Assembly: GCA_003648765.1 (NCBI GenBank)
Contig: QMPV01000001.1
Coordinates: forward strand, 290 to 64,289
Source: Candidatus Aminicenantes bacterium
GTDB lineage: Bacteria > Acidobacteriota > Aminicenantia > Aminicenantales > Aminicenantaceae
Length of the DNA: 64,000 nt
Reading direction: 5' to 3'
A program made the translations under genes and the position numbers. The notes beneath the pieces are model-generated. The model was not told the origin of the DNA. It searched no databases and was given only the letters and a program-made list of their open reading frames with translations. Each line of letters opens with the position of its first letter. Position 1 is the stretch's first letter. Positions 29,431 to 38,302 of the stretch are shown piece by piece.

Positions 29431-30258
29431 GTGAAAATAGCCCTTATCCAACAACATGCGGTTAGAGATAAAGCTGATAATCTCCGCCGTGGGGTAGAGG
29501 CTTTTCGACAGGCTGCTGAGGCTGGTGCCCGAGTAATTGCCTTTGCTGAGCTGGGTCTTTCTTATTTCTGGCCTCAATTCCAAGATAGTTCTCCTTATCT
29601 CCAAGAAGCCGAATCTATTCCTGGACCAACCACCGATGTTTTTACCCAGTTAGCTAAAGAATATGGAGTAGTCACGGTAATTAATCTATTTGAAAGAGAA
29701 GGGTCTCAGACCTATGATACTTCACCGGTAATTGATGCCGATGGTCGGATTTTAGGGGTGGTGAGAATGATCCATATCATGGAGGGACTTGGTTTCTGGG
29801 AAAAGGGCTATTATCATCCTGGGAATAGAGACCAACTGGTTTTTTCGACAGCTGTAGGGCGATTGGGCGTAGCTATTTGTTATGATCGCCATTTCCCTGA
29901 GTATATGCGAGCTCTGGCTCTTCAGCAAGCGGAATTAGTAGTCATCCCCCAAGCGGGGGCAGTCGGCGAATGGGCTCCAGGAATATTTGAAGCTGAAATT
30001 CAAGTAGCCGCTTTTCAAAATGGTTATTTTGCGGCCCTGGTGAATCGAGTGGGTCAGGAAGAACTTCTAAATTTTGCTGGGGGTTCTTTCGTGGTTGATC
30101 CAGCTGGTCAAGTGGTCGCTCGAGCCCCAGAAGGAGAGGACTTTATTCTTCTAGTAGAATGTGATTTATCTCAGGTGAAAGAAGCCACCGCTCGGCGTTT
30201 TTTTCTTCCCGATCGGCGACCGGATTTTTATCGTCACTTGAAGCTTATCCAAGACTAA
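29431..30258 (+). CDS. carbon-nitrogen hydrolase (nitrilase superfamily, amidase/N-carbamoyl-amidase-like)
   Basis: It has the characteristic CN-hydrolase layout with a catalytic Cys in GVAICYD, and the Glu/Lys positions are plausible. The preferred start is the GTG at 29431 behind a GGGGGAAAG RBS. The ORF-track TTG at 29395 is an alternative. Confidence 0.8.
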   Translation: MKIALIQQHAVRDKADNLRRGVEAFRQAAEAGARVIAFAELGLSYFWPQFQDSSPYLQEAESIPGPTTDVFTQLAKEYGVVTVINLFEREGSQTYDTSPVIDADGRILGVVRMIHIMEGLGFWEKGYYHPGNRDQLVFSTAVGRLGVAICYDRHFPEYMRALALQQAELVVIPQAGAVGEWAPGIFEAEIQVAAFQNGYFAALVNRVGQEELLNFAGGSFVVDPAGQVVARAPEGEDFILLVECDLSQVKEATARRFFLPDRRPDFYRHLKLIQD

Positions 30259-30281
30259 GTTTTCTCATTAATGGGGGGAGG

Positions 30282-30764
30282 ATGAAGAGCTGGTTTGTTG
30301 TTAATACTAAACCGAAAAAGGAATTTCAAGTGGAGAAAATTTTTATCGAGGCTTCTATTCCAGTTTACAATCCAAAATATTGTCATGAAGGTCAGATCAA
30401 GCCGTTTTTTCCCGGTTATGAGTTTGTTTATTTTGATTATCCTCATCAATATCGGTTGATTCGTTATACCCGGGGGGTCAAGAGAGTTGTCGGTAATTCG
30501 GAGGGGCCAATTCCCATTGAAGAGAAAGTGATTCATGAAATCAAAGCCAGGGAAATCAACGGTCTTATTGAGTTGAATAAGTATGGTCAGGAACCTCAAT
30601 TGGAAGATGAGATTGAAGTAATGGAGGGGCCTTTCAAAGGATTGAGAGGCATATTTAAAAAGGAGTTAAGTGATCAAGAACGTGTGCTGATTTTACTTAA
30701 TTATATTACTTATCAAGGGAAACTCATCATCGAAAAGAAAAAATTGAAAAAGGTGTTAAAATAA
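30282..30764 (+). CDS. NusG-family paralog (UpxY/LoaP-like specialised transcription antiterminator)
   Basis: 160 aa with an N-terminal NGN-like WFVVNTKPKKE...VYNP and a C-terminal KOW-like MEGPFKGLRGIFKKE. It is not in a secE-nusG-rplK ribosomal context. Instead it precedes a sugar aminotransferase. Confidence 0.6.
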   Translation: MKSWFVVNTKPKKEFQVEKIFIEASIPVYNPKYCHEGQIKPFFPGYEFVYFDYPHQYRLIRYTRGVKRVVGNSEGPIPIEEKVIHEIKAREINGLIELNKYGQEPQLEDEIEVMEGPFKGLRGIFKKELSDQERVLILLNYITYQGKLIIEKKKLKKVLK

Positions 30765-30823
30765 GTAAGATAAATTTGCTTCGGCGGTAATAGCTTCATT
30801 ATTACCCAAGAAAGGAAAAATTA

Positions 30824-31984
30824 ATGGAAGTGCCTTTTCTTGATTTGAAACCTCAGTATCGGTTAATTAGAGAAGAAATTGAAGAAAAATTAAAAAAGAT
30901 TTTTGAGTCCCAGCAGTTTATTCTAGGAGAAGAAGGCCGGCAATTAGAGGAAGAAATAGCTGAATACTGTCAGGTCCAATTTGCTATCGGTGTTTCTTCA
31001 GGAACTGATGCGCTCTTAGTTTCTCTGATGGCTTTGGATTTAGAGGCCGGGGCAGCCGTCGTGACCACCCCTTTTACTTTTATCGCCACGGCTGGAGCCC
31101 CAGCCCGCTTGGGTCTGAAAATTATTTTTGTGGATATTGAACCTTTAAGTTTTAACCTGGATGTGACTCAGCTTGCTGAGAAGCTCTCCCGAGAAATCAA
31201 TAAAGCCAAAATAAAGGCTATTATCCCCGTCCATCTCTTTGGGCAAATGGTGGAAATGAAACCATTGCTGGAGCTGGCCCAGGAGTATGATTTAAAAGTG
31301 ATTGAAGATGCCGCTCAGGCTATTGGGGCAGAATATCCGCACTCGAAGCAATTTTTGCGCGCTGGTTCTGGCGGAGAACTAGGAATTCTCTCCTTTTTTC
31401 CTTCTAAAAATTTAGGTGGAGCAGGAGATGGGGGGATGGTCCTCACCAGTGATTTAGGTCTTCGGGAAAAAATAATTTCTCTCCGGAATCATGGGGCTCA
31501 TCAGAAATATCTTCATCTTCGAGTAGGAGGAAATTTCCGCTTGGATGAGCTTCAGGCAGCTGTGCTCAGAGTGAAACTTAAATATCTACCGGAATGGATT
31601 AGTCAGAGGCAGGCGCGGGCGGAAAATTATGAACGCCTTTTTCAAGAAATGGGTTTGATAGAGGAATTTGTGAAGACACCTCCCGCGGTTTATAAGACCA
31701 AAGGAGTGAAAAATTATCATACTTATCATCAGTATGTCATTCGGGTTAAACAACGAGATGAGCTCCGTGAATTTTTGCTGGAAAAAGGGATTCAGACAGC
31801 AGTTTATTATCCAATTCCTCTCCATCTCCAGCCTTGTTTTCGTTATCTTGGTTATCAAAAAGGAGACTTTCCTCAGGCTGAACAAGCCAGTGCCGAAGTC
31901 TTGGCTTTACCGATTTATCCCGAGTTGCCTGAGTCACATCAGGAATATGTGGTGGCGGCTCTTCGGGAGTTTTTTTTGGGCTAA
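30824..31984 (+). CDS. DegT/DnrJ/EryC1/StrS family PLP-dependent sugar aminotransferase
   Basis: 386 aa. The N-terminus shows the family pattern and the conserved SFFPSKNLG and HQYVIR regions are present. Confidence 0.88.
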   Translation: MEVPFLDLKPQYRLIREEIEEKLKKIFESQQFILGEEGRQLEEEIAEYCQVQFAIGVSSGTDALLVSLMALDLEAGAAVVTTPFTFIATAGAPARLGLKIIFVDIEPLSFNLDVTQLAEKLSREINKAKIKAIIPVHLFGQMVEMKPLLELAQEYDLKVIEDAAQAIGAEYPHSKQFLRAGSGGELGILSFFPSKNLGGAGDGGMVLTSDLGLREKIISLRNHGAHQKYLHLRVGGNFRLDELQAAVLRVKLKYLPEWISQRQARAENYERLFQEMGLIEEFVKTPPAVYKTKGVKNYHTYHQYVIRVKQRDELREFLLEKGIQTAVYYPIPLHLQPCFRYLGYQKGDFPQAEQASAEVLALPIYPELPESHQEYVVAALREFFLG

Positions 31985-31990
31985 ATTTTC

Positions 31991-33178
31991 TTAATCAGCG
32001 AAGTACCCCGCCCGATGAATGACCCGAAGATGGGGTTTTTTCACTTTGACTTTCAAGCGATGAAAGGAGCCGTCGGGCTTATAATTGTTGGGGGTGTAGT
32101 AAAGGAGATAGTAATTTTCAGCGGCTTTAATCACCTGCTGAAAGGCAGCCGAAGCATTAGCTGAGCTAGTTACTAGACCCCCAGTGGCTTGAGCTATTTC
32201 CCGGAAAGCACTAAAGATATCTTCCGATTGTTCATTCATCACCAAACCAGAAGGCCGCATCGTGGTTACTTCTAGATCGGGTGAGGGGACTTTGGTTAGA
32301 AAAAGGAAATGAATAGAGATGGAAGAGTCGGCGTAATGTTGTTTAACTCGATTGATATTAAAGGCAATCTCCCGGCGGTAGAATTCGAACAATTCCATTA
32401 TTTGGAAAATAATATTGGGTTTATCCTGATTGACAGAAGTGAGTTGATTTAATTGTTGAGGGGTTATTTGAGGAATTCTTTCCTTTTGATAAAAAAGGAA
32501 AACATATTTCTGTCCTTCCTTTTTTTTCAGGAATTCAGCAAAACGGAGCAGGCTGTCTTCGTCAACCTGCCGGAGATCTTCTAGTTTTTGGAGATGTTGT
32601 TTAAAGAGAGGCAAAGTAGTCTCATCAATACCACCTCTTAGAGATTCTTCCAAGTCCCGGAGAATAGTTCGGTATTCAGATGAACCTATTTTGATATCTT
32701 TCTTTAAATGATTAATGAGTTGACTGGCCAATTTTTCTGGGGAAAGGCGATGGGAAGCAGTTGGTTTTATCCGGTACGTTTTAAGAGGAGTGATGACTAT
32801 TAATGAGTCACCGGGTTGAAAAACCTTTTCAAAGAAGAACTTGACGGCTTCAGCCAGTTTAGGCAAGTACTCGTGAACCTCGAAGAAAAGCACAAAGTGG
32901 CGGGCTACTCGGGGATGGAAAGCAGTTGACCCTTCTTGCTTGTCGATGGTAGTTTTCCGGATAAGATAGAGGGCTTCGATTTTTTGCTTAATCCCATTAT
33001 CATAAAGTTCAAAATCGTCTTTGGTCAGATTATCAATAAATTTATCGCCGCGAAAAACACGCAGGGGAACTTCTATGTTAAAAACCGACACTCGATGAGA
33101 AGGCCGCTGGCTAGAGAGAGGAGAGGCTATTAAAATCAGAAGGAGAGAGGAAATAATGATTTTAAGTGATTGTTTCAT
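31991..33178 (-). CDS. secreted protein, possibly a VWFA-related (TIGR03436-like) domain protein
   Basis: It has a signal peptide. The N-terminal pattern (V.V.V...D..G..I..L...DF.LYDNG..Q.I) recalled from the Acidobacteria-type VWFA-related family. This is a weak, memory-based assignment. Confidence 0.4.
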   Translation of the reverse strand: MKQSLKIIISSLLLILIASPLSSQRPSHRVSVFNIEVPLRVFRGDKFIDNLTKDDFELYDNGIKQKIEALYLIRKTTIDKQEGSTAFHPRVARHFVLFFEVHEYLPKLAEAVKFFFEKVFQPGDSLIVITPLKTYRIKPTASHRLSPEKLASQLINHLKKDIKIGSSEYRTILRDLEESLRGGIDETTLPLFKQHLQKLEDLRQVDEDSLLRFAEFLKKKEGQKYVFLFYQKERIPQITPQQLNQLTSVNQDKPNIIFQIMELFEFYRREIAFNINRVKQHYADSSISIHFLFLTKVPSPDLEVTTMRPSGLVMNEQSEDIFSAFREIAQATGGLVTSSANASAAFQQVIKAAENYYLLYYTPNNYKPDGSFHRLKVKVKKPHLRVIHRAGYFAD

Positions 33179-33209
33179 TTTTACGCCTCATCTTTTGTAA
33201 ATGATTGAT

Positions 33210-34340
33210 TCAATCTTGACTACGTGTGTTTTTCCTGTGGCGGATAAATTCACCGATTCTTTGCAGACCTTCTTGAAGTACACTTGTTTCCACACCCAAA
33301 CCAAGACGAAAGAACTTGTCTAATCCCAAACTCTCCCCAGGCACAACCAGCACACTCTTTTCATCTCTTAATTGCTCAACCAGTTGAGTAGAGTTAAGAG
33401 GGAGATGGTAATGAAGGAAAGCTACGCCGCCGGCTTGGGGAGGGATAAAATCCAAAACATCCGCGTGCTCTTCGACCCATGAAGTTAGGATTTGCAGGTT
33501 CCTCTGCAGGATTTGCCGCGACCGACTCAGGATTTTTGGCCTTATTTCGGGTTGAAGGGCCAAGAGAGCCAGATGGTTACTGAGAGTACCAGCAGTTATA
33601 CAGGTGTAATCATGCGCTTCCCAGGCCCTGGAGATGATAATTTCCGGGGCCACTAGCCACCCAAGACGCAGTCCAGCCAGACCATAAGCTTTGGAGAGGC
33701 CGGCTGTCACGATTACTCGCTCATATTTTCCCCAAAAGGAGGGAGTTTCCTTCTCGGTTAGTTCAGCTCCCCGATAAACTTCATCGGAGTGAAGCCAAAT
33801 TTGGTTGGCCTGGGCCAGAGAGATAATTTTCTCCATTTCCTCAGGCTGGAACACCATCCCGGTGGGGTTATTAGGATGACAGACAGAAATTAATTTTGTC
33901 CGCTCAGTAATCGAATCGGCTAACTTTTCCAGATCTGGCCGCCATTTATTTTCGGGTTGGAGATAAAATTCTTTAACTGTGACTTGAAGAGTCCGGGCAA
34001 TTCCCCAGATTTGAAGATAGTTCGGCATCATTATTATTATTTCATCACCGGGTTCAAGCAAACTCCAGGCCAGAACGAAATTAGCTTCTGAAGAACCATT
34101 GGTCACTAAAATATTTTCTGGGGAGGTTCCAGGGTAAAGGGATGATATAGTCTGGCGAAGTTCATCCAAACCGTTAGCTTGAGCATAACCTAAAGGCAGA
34201 TGAAACATTTTCTCCCAGGTAGAAGGAGCGAGAAACTCAGAAGGTGAGAGAGGCTGAAGACCACTTTCTGAGAGATTAATCTCGACCCGATTTTCCCAAA
34301 CGGAAAGAAGCCTTTCCAGAGCAAAAGGTTGGATATTCAT
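33210..34340 (-). CDS. class I/II PLP-dependent aminotransferase
   Basis: 376 aa with the PLP-lysine motif context SKAYGLAGLRLGW and fold-type I conservation. Confidence 0.8.
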   Translation of the reverse strand: MNIQPFALERLLSVWENRVEINLSESGLQPLSPSEFLAPSTWEKMFHLPLGYAQANGLDELRQTISSLYPGTSPENILVTNGSSEANFVLAWSLLEPGDEIIIMMPNYLQIWGIARTLQVTVKEFYLQPENKWRPDLEKLADSITERTKLISVCHPNNPTGMVFQPEEMEKIISLAQANQIWLHSDEVYRGAELTEKETPSFWGKYERVIVTAGLSKAYGLAGLRLGWLVAPEIIISRAWEAHDYTCITAGTLSNHLALLALQPEIRPKILSRSRQILQRNLQILTSWVEEHADVLDFIPPQAGGVAFLHYHLPLNSTQLVEQLRDEKSVLVVPGESLGLDKFFRLGLGVETSVLQEGLQRIGEFIRHRKNTRSQD

Positions 34341-34818
34341 ATAATTCCACTCCCTGAGGTTGATTTAATTGACTTATAAAGATAGCAGAATACTCTTTAA
34401 AAGTGTATGGGGTATTTAGGCTTAATTTTTAAGCGCTCGGGGAAGAGAATTACCTGGCTGGGTAGAGAAAGGTTAATTTAGGCCCACTTTAACTTTTCGA
34501 AAGAAATTTACAGCCTAATTTTTTGTCCAACTTTTTGGTTAAAATAATTTATCTCTGGACTAAATGAGCTGCCTTATCTAGGGAAGCCAAAGGGAGTCCC
34601 CTAGCTCAGAAATAAAAGGAGAAAAGAAAAAATCAATGGGTTTAGCCTTGGGCCGGGCTTGGTTTTATCCAAGAAAAATTCTAATGGCGGTTTCTTTCAG
34701 AGATGGAATTGAGATAAAAATCACTTTTGATTCACGTGGATTTTTTGGAGAGAGTTTGGTCTAACTTATTGACTGTGGTAGAATGCCTAAGAAGACCAGA
34801 GAAAAAATGGAGGCCGAG

Positions 34819-35511
34819 ATGAAAACCATTGGTATTTTGGGTGGCATGAGTTGGGAATCCACTTTGGAGTATTATCGCTTAATTAATGAAGAAGTAAAAT
34901 CCCGCTTGGGAGGTTTTCATTCTGCTAAAATTCTGCTTTATTCTTTTGATTTTGCTGAAATTGAATCTCTCCAACATCAGGGCCGCTGGGAAGAGATGGG
35001 GGTTCTTCTCAGTGAAGCTGCCCAGAGGCTGGAAAAGGCCGGAGCTGATTTTATTTTAATTGCAACCAATACGATGCACAAAGTTGCCCCGGCAGTAGAA
35101 GAAGCTATTTCTATTCCCTTGCTGCATATTGTGGATGCCACAGCAGCGGCCATAAAAGAAGCCAATTGCCATCGTGTGGGACTCCTAGGGACAAAATTCA
35201 CTATGGAGGAAGAATTTTATCGCCGGAGATTAAAAGAGAAACACCAAATTGAGGTTGTTGTGCCGCCAGTTGAACAGCGGGATTTAGTCCATCAGGTGAT
35301 TTTTAATGAATTGGTAATGGGGGAGATAAAGGAGAAATCTCGTCTTAATTTCATCCGAATTATTAATGATTTAAAGTCAGCCGGAGCTCAAGGAATAATT
35401 CTAGGTTGTACCGAGATTCCTCTTCTCATCAAGCCCGAACACAGCTCTTTGCCCTTATTTGATACTACCGCCATTCATGCCCGGAGCGCGGTTGATTGGG
35501 CTCTGGATTGA
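34819..35511 (+). CDS. aspartate/glutamate racemase family protein (aspartate racemase-like)
   Basis: MKTIGILGGMSWESTLEYY..., plus the two catalytic Cys/Thr regions (IATNTMH; GIILGCTEIPLLI). The preferred start is the ATG at 34819 behind a GGAGG RBS. Confidence 0.85.
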   Translation: MKTIGILGGMSWESTLEYYRLINEEVKSRLGGFHSAKILLYSFDFAEIESLQHQGRWEEMGVLLSEAAQRLEKAGADFILIATNTMHKVAPAVEEAISIPLLHIVDATAAAIKEANCHRVGLLGTKFTMEEEFYRRRLKEKHQIEVVVPPVEQRDLVHQVIFNELVMGEIKEKSRLNFIRIINDLKSAGAQGIILGCTEIPLLIKPEHSSLPLFDTTAIHARSAVDWALD

Positions 35512-35533
35512 GATAAGTTCTGCTTAGGAATCA

Positions 35534-36754
35534 TCATTTTTTAATAAAAAGCCGGATAATATTCCACAAACCCAGAATTGTCACCAGCAAGGCAATTAAA
35601 CCTCCCACTATATTCTGGAAGAGGTTGTTTTTTAAGCTTTTCATATAACGAGCTTGATTAAGCACCACCAAGAGAGTAATAGTGGCTACCGGGAGGATGA
35701 GGCCGTTGGCCATTTGAGCGAAGACGATAACGCCGATGGGTTCTAAGTTGAAAAGAGAAACTATCAAACCCGTGCCTAGAACTATCATCCAGACGGCTTT
35801 AAAGGAGCCTGGTTTTTTAACTGGATCTAATCCTAATACTCCAGTCGAGGCGAAGGCAGCCGCGTAGGGAGCGGTAATGGCAGAAGTCATTCCGGCTGCG
35901 AAAAAGCCCAAACCGAACATAATTTGAGCGAAAGAGCCAAAAAGAGGCTTAAGTTGCCAGGCCATTTGAGCCCCGCTTTCCAGGGGCAGTCCGCGGTCGA
36001 AAAAAGCGGCGGCGGAAGTGATAACAATAGCTGAGGAGATAAGTCCACCCAAACCTATGGACACTATGAGGTCTCGCTTAACCCGGCTTAAGTCAGCGGG
36101 GGAAGACCATTTTTTGCGGACAGCAGCCGAGTGGAGGAAGAGATTATAGGGAACAATAGTGGTCCCGATGAGAGCTAGGATGATAGGTAAAGAACCTTCC
36201 GGAATCGAGGGCCAATAGCCACGCCAGATATGGTTGAAATTCGGTTTAATGAGGACCAGAGTTAAGATAAAAGAGATACTCATGATAAATACCAGGGAAA
36301 TCAAAATAGTCTCAATCAGTTGATATTTTTTCCGGCTGAGAATCCAAAAGGCGGCTAAAGAAATGATAATTACCCAAATTTTTTGCGGGAGAGGGGTGAT
36401 CATTTTCAAGCCGAGTGCTCCCCCGACGATATTGCCGGCCTCGTAAGCTGCACACCCCAAAGTAATAGAAGAAATGGTAAGGATGATGAAAAACCAGCGA
36501 GTGAAATTATGTTGGGGAAATTCACGAAGAGCTTGAGCTAGATCATGGCCTGAACCCAGACTGAGCCGGCCGGTCATTTCTTTGAGAAGAATAGTGGCCA
36601 GGATGGCGAAAAGGAGAGTATAGAGAAGAGTATAGCCGAATTGAGCCCCAGCCAGCGAACAAGTGGTTACAGTTCCAGGCCCAATAAAAGCTGCTGTAAC
36701 CAAAAACCCAGGACCGAAGAGACCTTTTCTATTTTTTTTCTTTCGGCTGGCCAT
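35534..36754 (-). CDS. NRAMP family divalent metal (Mn2+/Fe2+) transporter
   Basis: 406 aa and polytopic. The conserved N-terminal GPGFLV.AAFIGPG motif (the DPGN-equivalent region) is present. It overlaps the hyuB stop by 26 nt. Confidence 0.75.
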   Translation of the reverse strand: MASRKKKNRKGLFGPGFLVTAAFIGPGTVTTCSLAGAQFGYTLLYTLLFAILATILLKEMTGRLSLGSGHDLAQALREFPQHNFTRWFFIILTISSITLGCAAYEAGNIVGGALGLKMITPLPQKIWVIIISLAAFWILSRKKYQLIETILISLVFIMSISFILTLVLIKPNFNHIWRGYWPSIPEGSLPIILALIGTTIVPYNLFLHSAAVRKKWSSPADLSRVKRDLIVSIGLGGLISSAIVITSAAAFFDRGLPLESGAQMAWQLKPLFGSFAQIMFGLGFFAAGMTSAITAPYAAAFASTGVLGLDPVKKPGSFKAVWMIVLGTGLIVSLFNLEPIGVIVFAQMANGLILPVATITLLVVLNQARYMKSLKNNLFQNIVGGLIALLVTILGLWNIIRLFIKK

Positions 36755-38300
36755 AGCCTCCCCCTCCCGGTGTTTCCAGGCGAAGTTTGTCCCCGGGATA
36801 AATTTTTAAATTAACTTTAGAGCCCAAGGTCAACCTTCTTTTCCCCCGAATAAGGATATTCCTACCTCGCCGGCCTGGCCGCCCACCCTGAAGACCATAA
36901 GGAGCAAATTTGCGTCTCTCAGAGATAATGGTCAACTGGACCGGAGTAGTGAATTCATATTCTCGAATCAGCCCATTGCCTCCCCGCCAACGACCTTGGC
37001 CTCCGGAGCGAGGCCGTAATCGATATTCGGTTATTTTGAGAGGGAGGTAATTTTCCAGAGCTTCGATGGGAGTGTTGAGCGAGTTAGTCATGTGGGTATG
37101 GACGCCACTTAACCCGGCTCGACCCTGAGCGGCTCCCATGCCTCCGCCAATGGTTTCATAATAGGCGTACCTTCGGCCTAGAGAAGGGTCAAAGCCGCCG
37201 AAAGCAATATTATTCATGGTGCCAGAACTAGCGGCTGGTATCTTTTCAGGAATAGCTTGGGCCAGAGCTCCCAGGAGGACATCCACAATCCGTTGAGAAG
37301 TTTCGACATTACCGCCAGCGGTAGCCGAAGGAAAGGTGGCGTTGAGTACCGAGCCTTGGGGAGCAATAATTTCTAAAGGACGCATTAAGCCCGTATTAAA
37401 AGGAATGTCCTCTTCCACTAAAGAACGGAAGACATAAAGTACAGCGGAAGTAGTCACCGCTAGGTTGGCATTGATGTTACCTGTTACTTGGGGAGAAGAG
37501 TGGCTAAAGTCAACAATGGCCCGGTCTTGCTTAATAGTTATAGTAACAGCGATCTTGACGGGTTGAGGCTCTAGGCCGTCATCATCCATAAAATCAGTAA
37601 AACTATAAGTCCCGTTCGGAATACGGGCAATTGTCTGGCGGAGGAATTTTTCGGTATAGTCTTGCAAGGCATCTGCATAAAAATTGACTTTGTCTGGGCC
37701 GTATTCAGCAATAATTTCTTGAAGACGCTGGAGACCCTTTTCATTGGCTGCCATCTGGGCCAACAGGTCACCCTTTCTTTCTTCTGGAGTGCGGACATTG
37801 GCCAAGATAAGAGAAAGCAGGGCCTTATCCAATTTTCCCTGGCGGATAAGTTTCACTGGGGGGAGGATTATTCCTTCTTGGTAAATTTCAGTAGCGAGGG
37901 GCATAGAACCAGGCGTTATTCCGCCAATATCAGCGTGGTGAGCCCGGTTAGCCACGAAAAAAATTAATTTCCCTTGATGAAAGAGAGGAGAAATACAGGT
38001 GATATCAGGCAAATGAGTTCCTCCCCGGTAGGGATCATTGAGAATGACCAAATCACCCTCATTGAAGTCCATCGATTGGAGAGCGGCTTGAACCGAGAGG
38101 GGCATAGCTCCCAGGTGAACAGGAATGTGGGAACCTTGAGCAAATGTTTCGCCGGTGCGGGTAAAAAGGGCACAGGAATAATCTTTCCTCTCCTTGATAT
38201 TCGGCGAGAGAGCTGTTCTGCCCAAAACAGCCCCCATTTCTTCTGAAATAGAAATAAATTTATTTTTAAATAATTCTAATTCGATAGGGTCAATCTTCAT
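36729..38300 (-). CDS. hydantoinase B / oxoprolinase family protein (HyuB)
   Basis: 523 aa. The N-terminus MKIDPIELELFKNKFISISEEMG is typical of HyuB/OplaH beta. Confidence 0.85.
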   Translation of the reverse strand: MKIDPIELELFKNKFISISEEMGAVLGRTALSPNIKERKDYSCALFTRTGETFAQGSHIPVHLGAMPLSVQAALQSMDFNEGDLVILNDPYRGGTHLPDITCISPLFHQGKLIFFVANRAHHADIGGITPGSMPLATEIYQEGIILPPVKLIRQGKLDKALLSLILANVRTPEERKGDLLAQMAANEKGLQRLQEIIAEYGPDKVNFYADALQDYTEKFLRQTIARIPNGTYSFTDFMDDDGLEPQPVKIAVTITIKQDRAIVDFSHSSPQVTGNINANLAVTTSAVLYVFRSLVEEDIPFNTGLMRPLEIIAPQGSVLNATFPSATAGGNVETSQRIVDVLLGALAQAIPEKIPAASSGTMNNIAFGGFDPSLGRRYAYYETIGGGMGAAQGRAGLSGVHTHMTNSLNTPIEALENYLPLKITEYRLRPRSGGQGRWRGGNGLIREYEFTTPVQLTIISERRKFAPYGLQGGRPGRRGRNILIRGKRRLTLGSKVNLKIYPGDKLRLETPGGGGYGQPKEKK

Positions 38301-38302
38301 TT

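Noticed and set aside
37571-38246. Overlapping small ORFs on both strands within hyuB (37571..37798, 37662..37967, 37964..38173, 37974..38246)
   Set aside because: Shadow ORFs within a conserved CDS.
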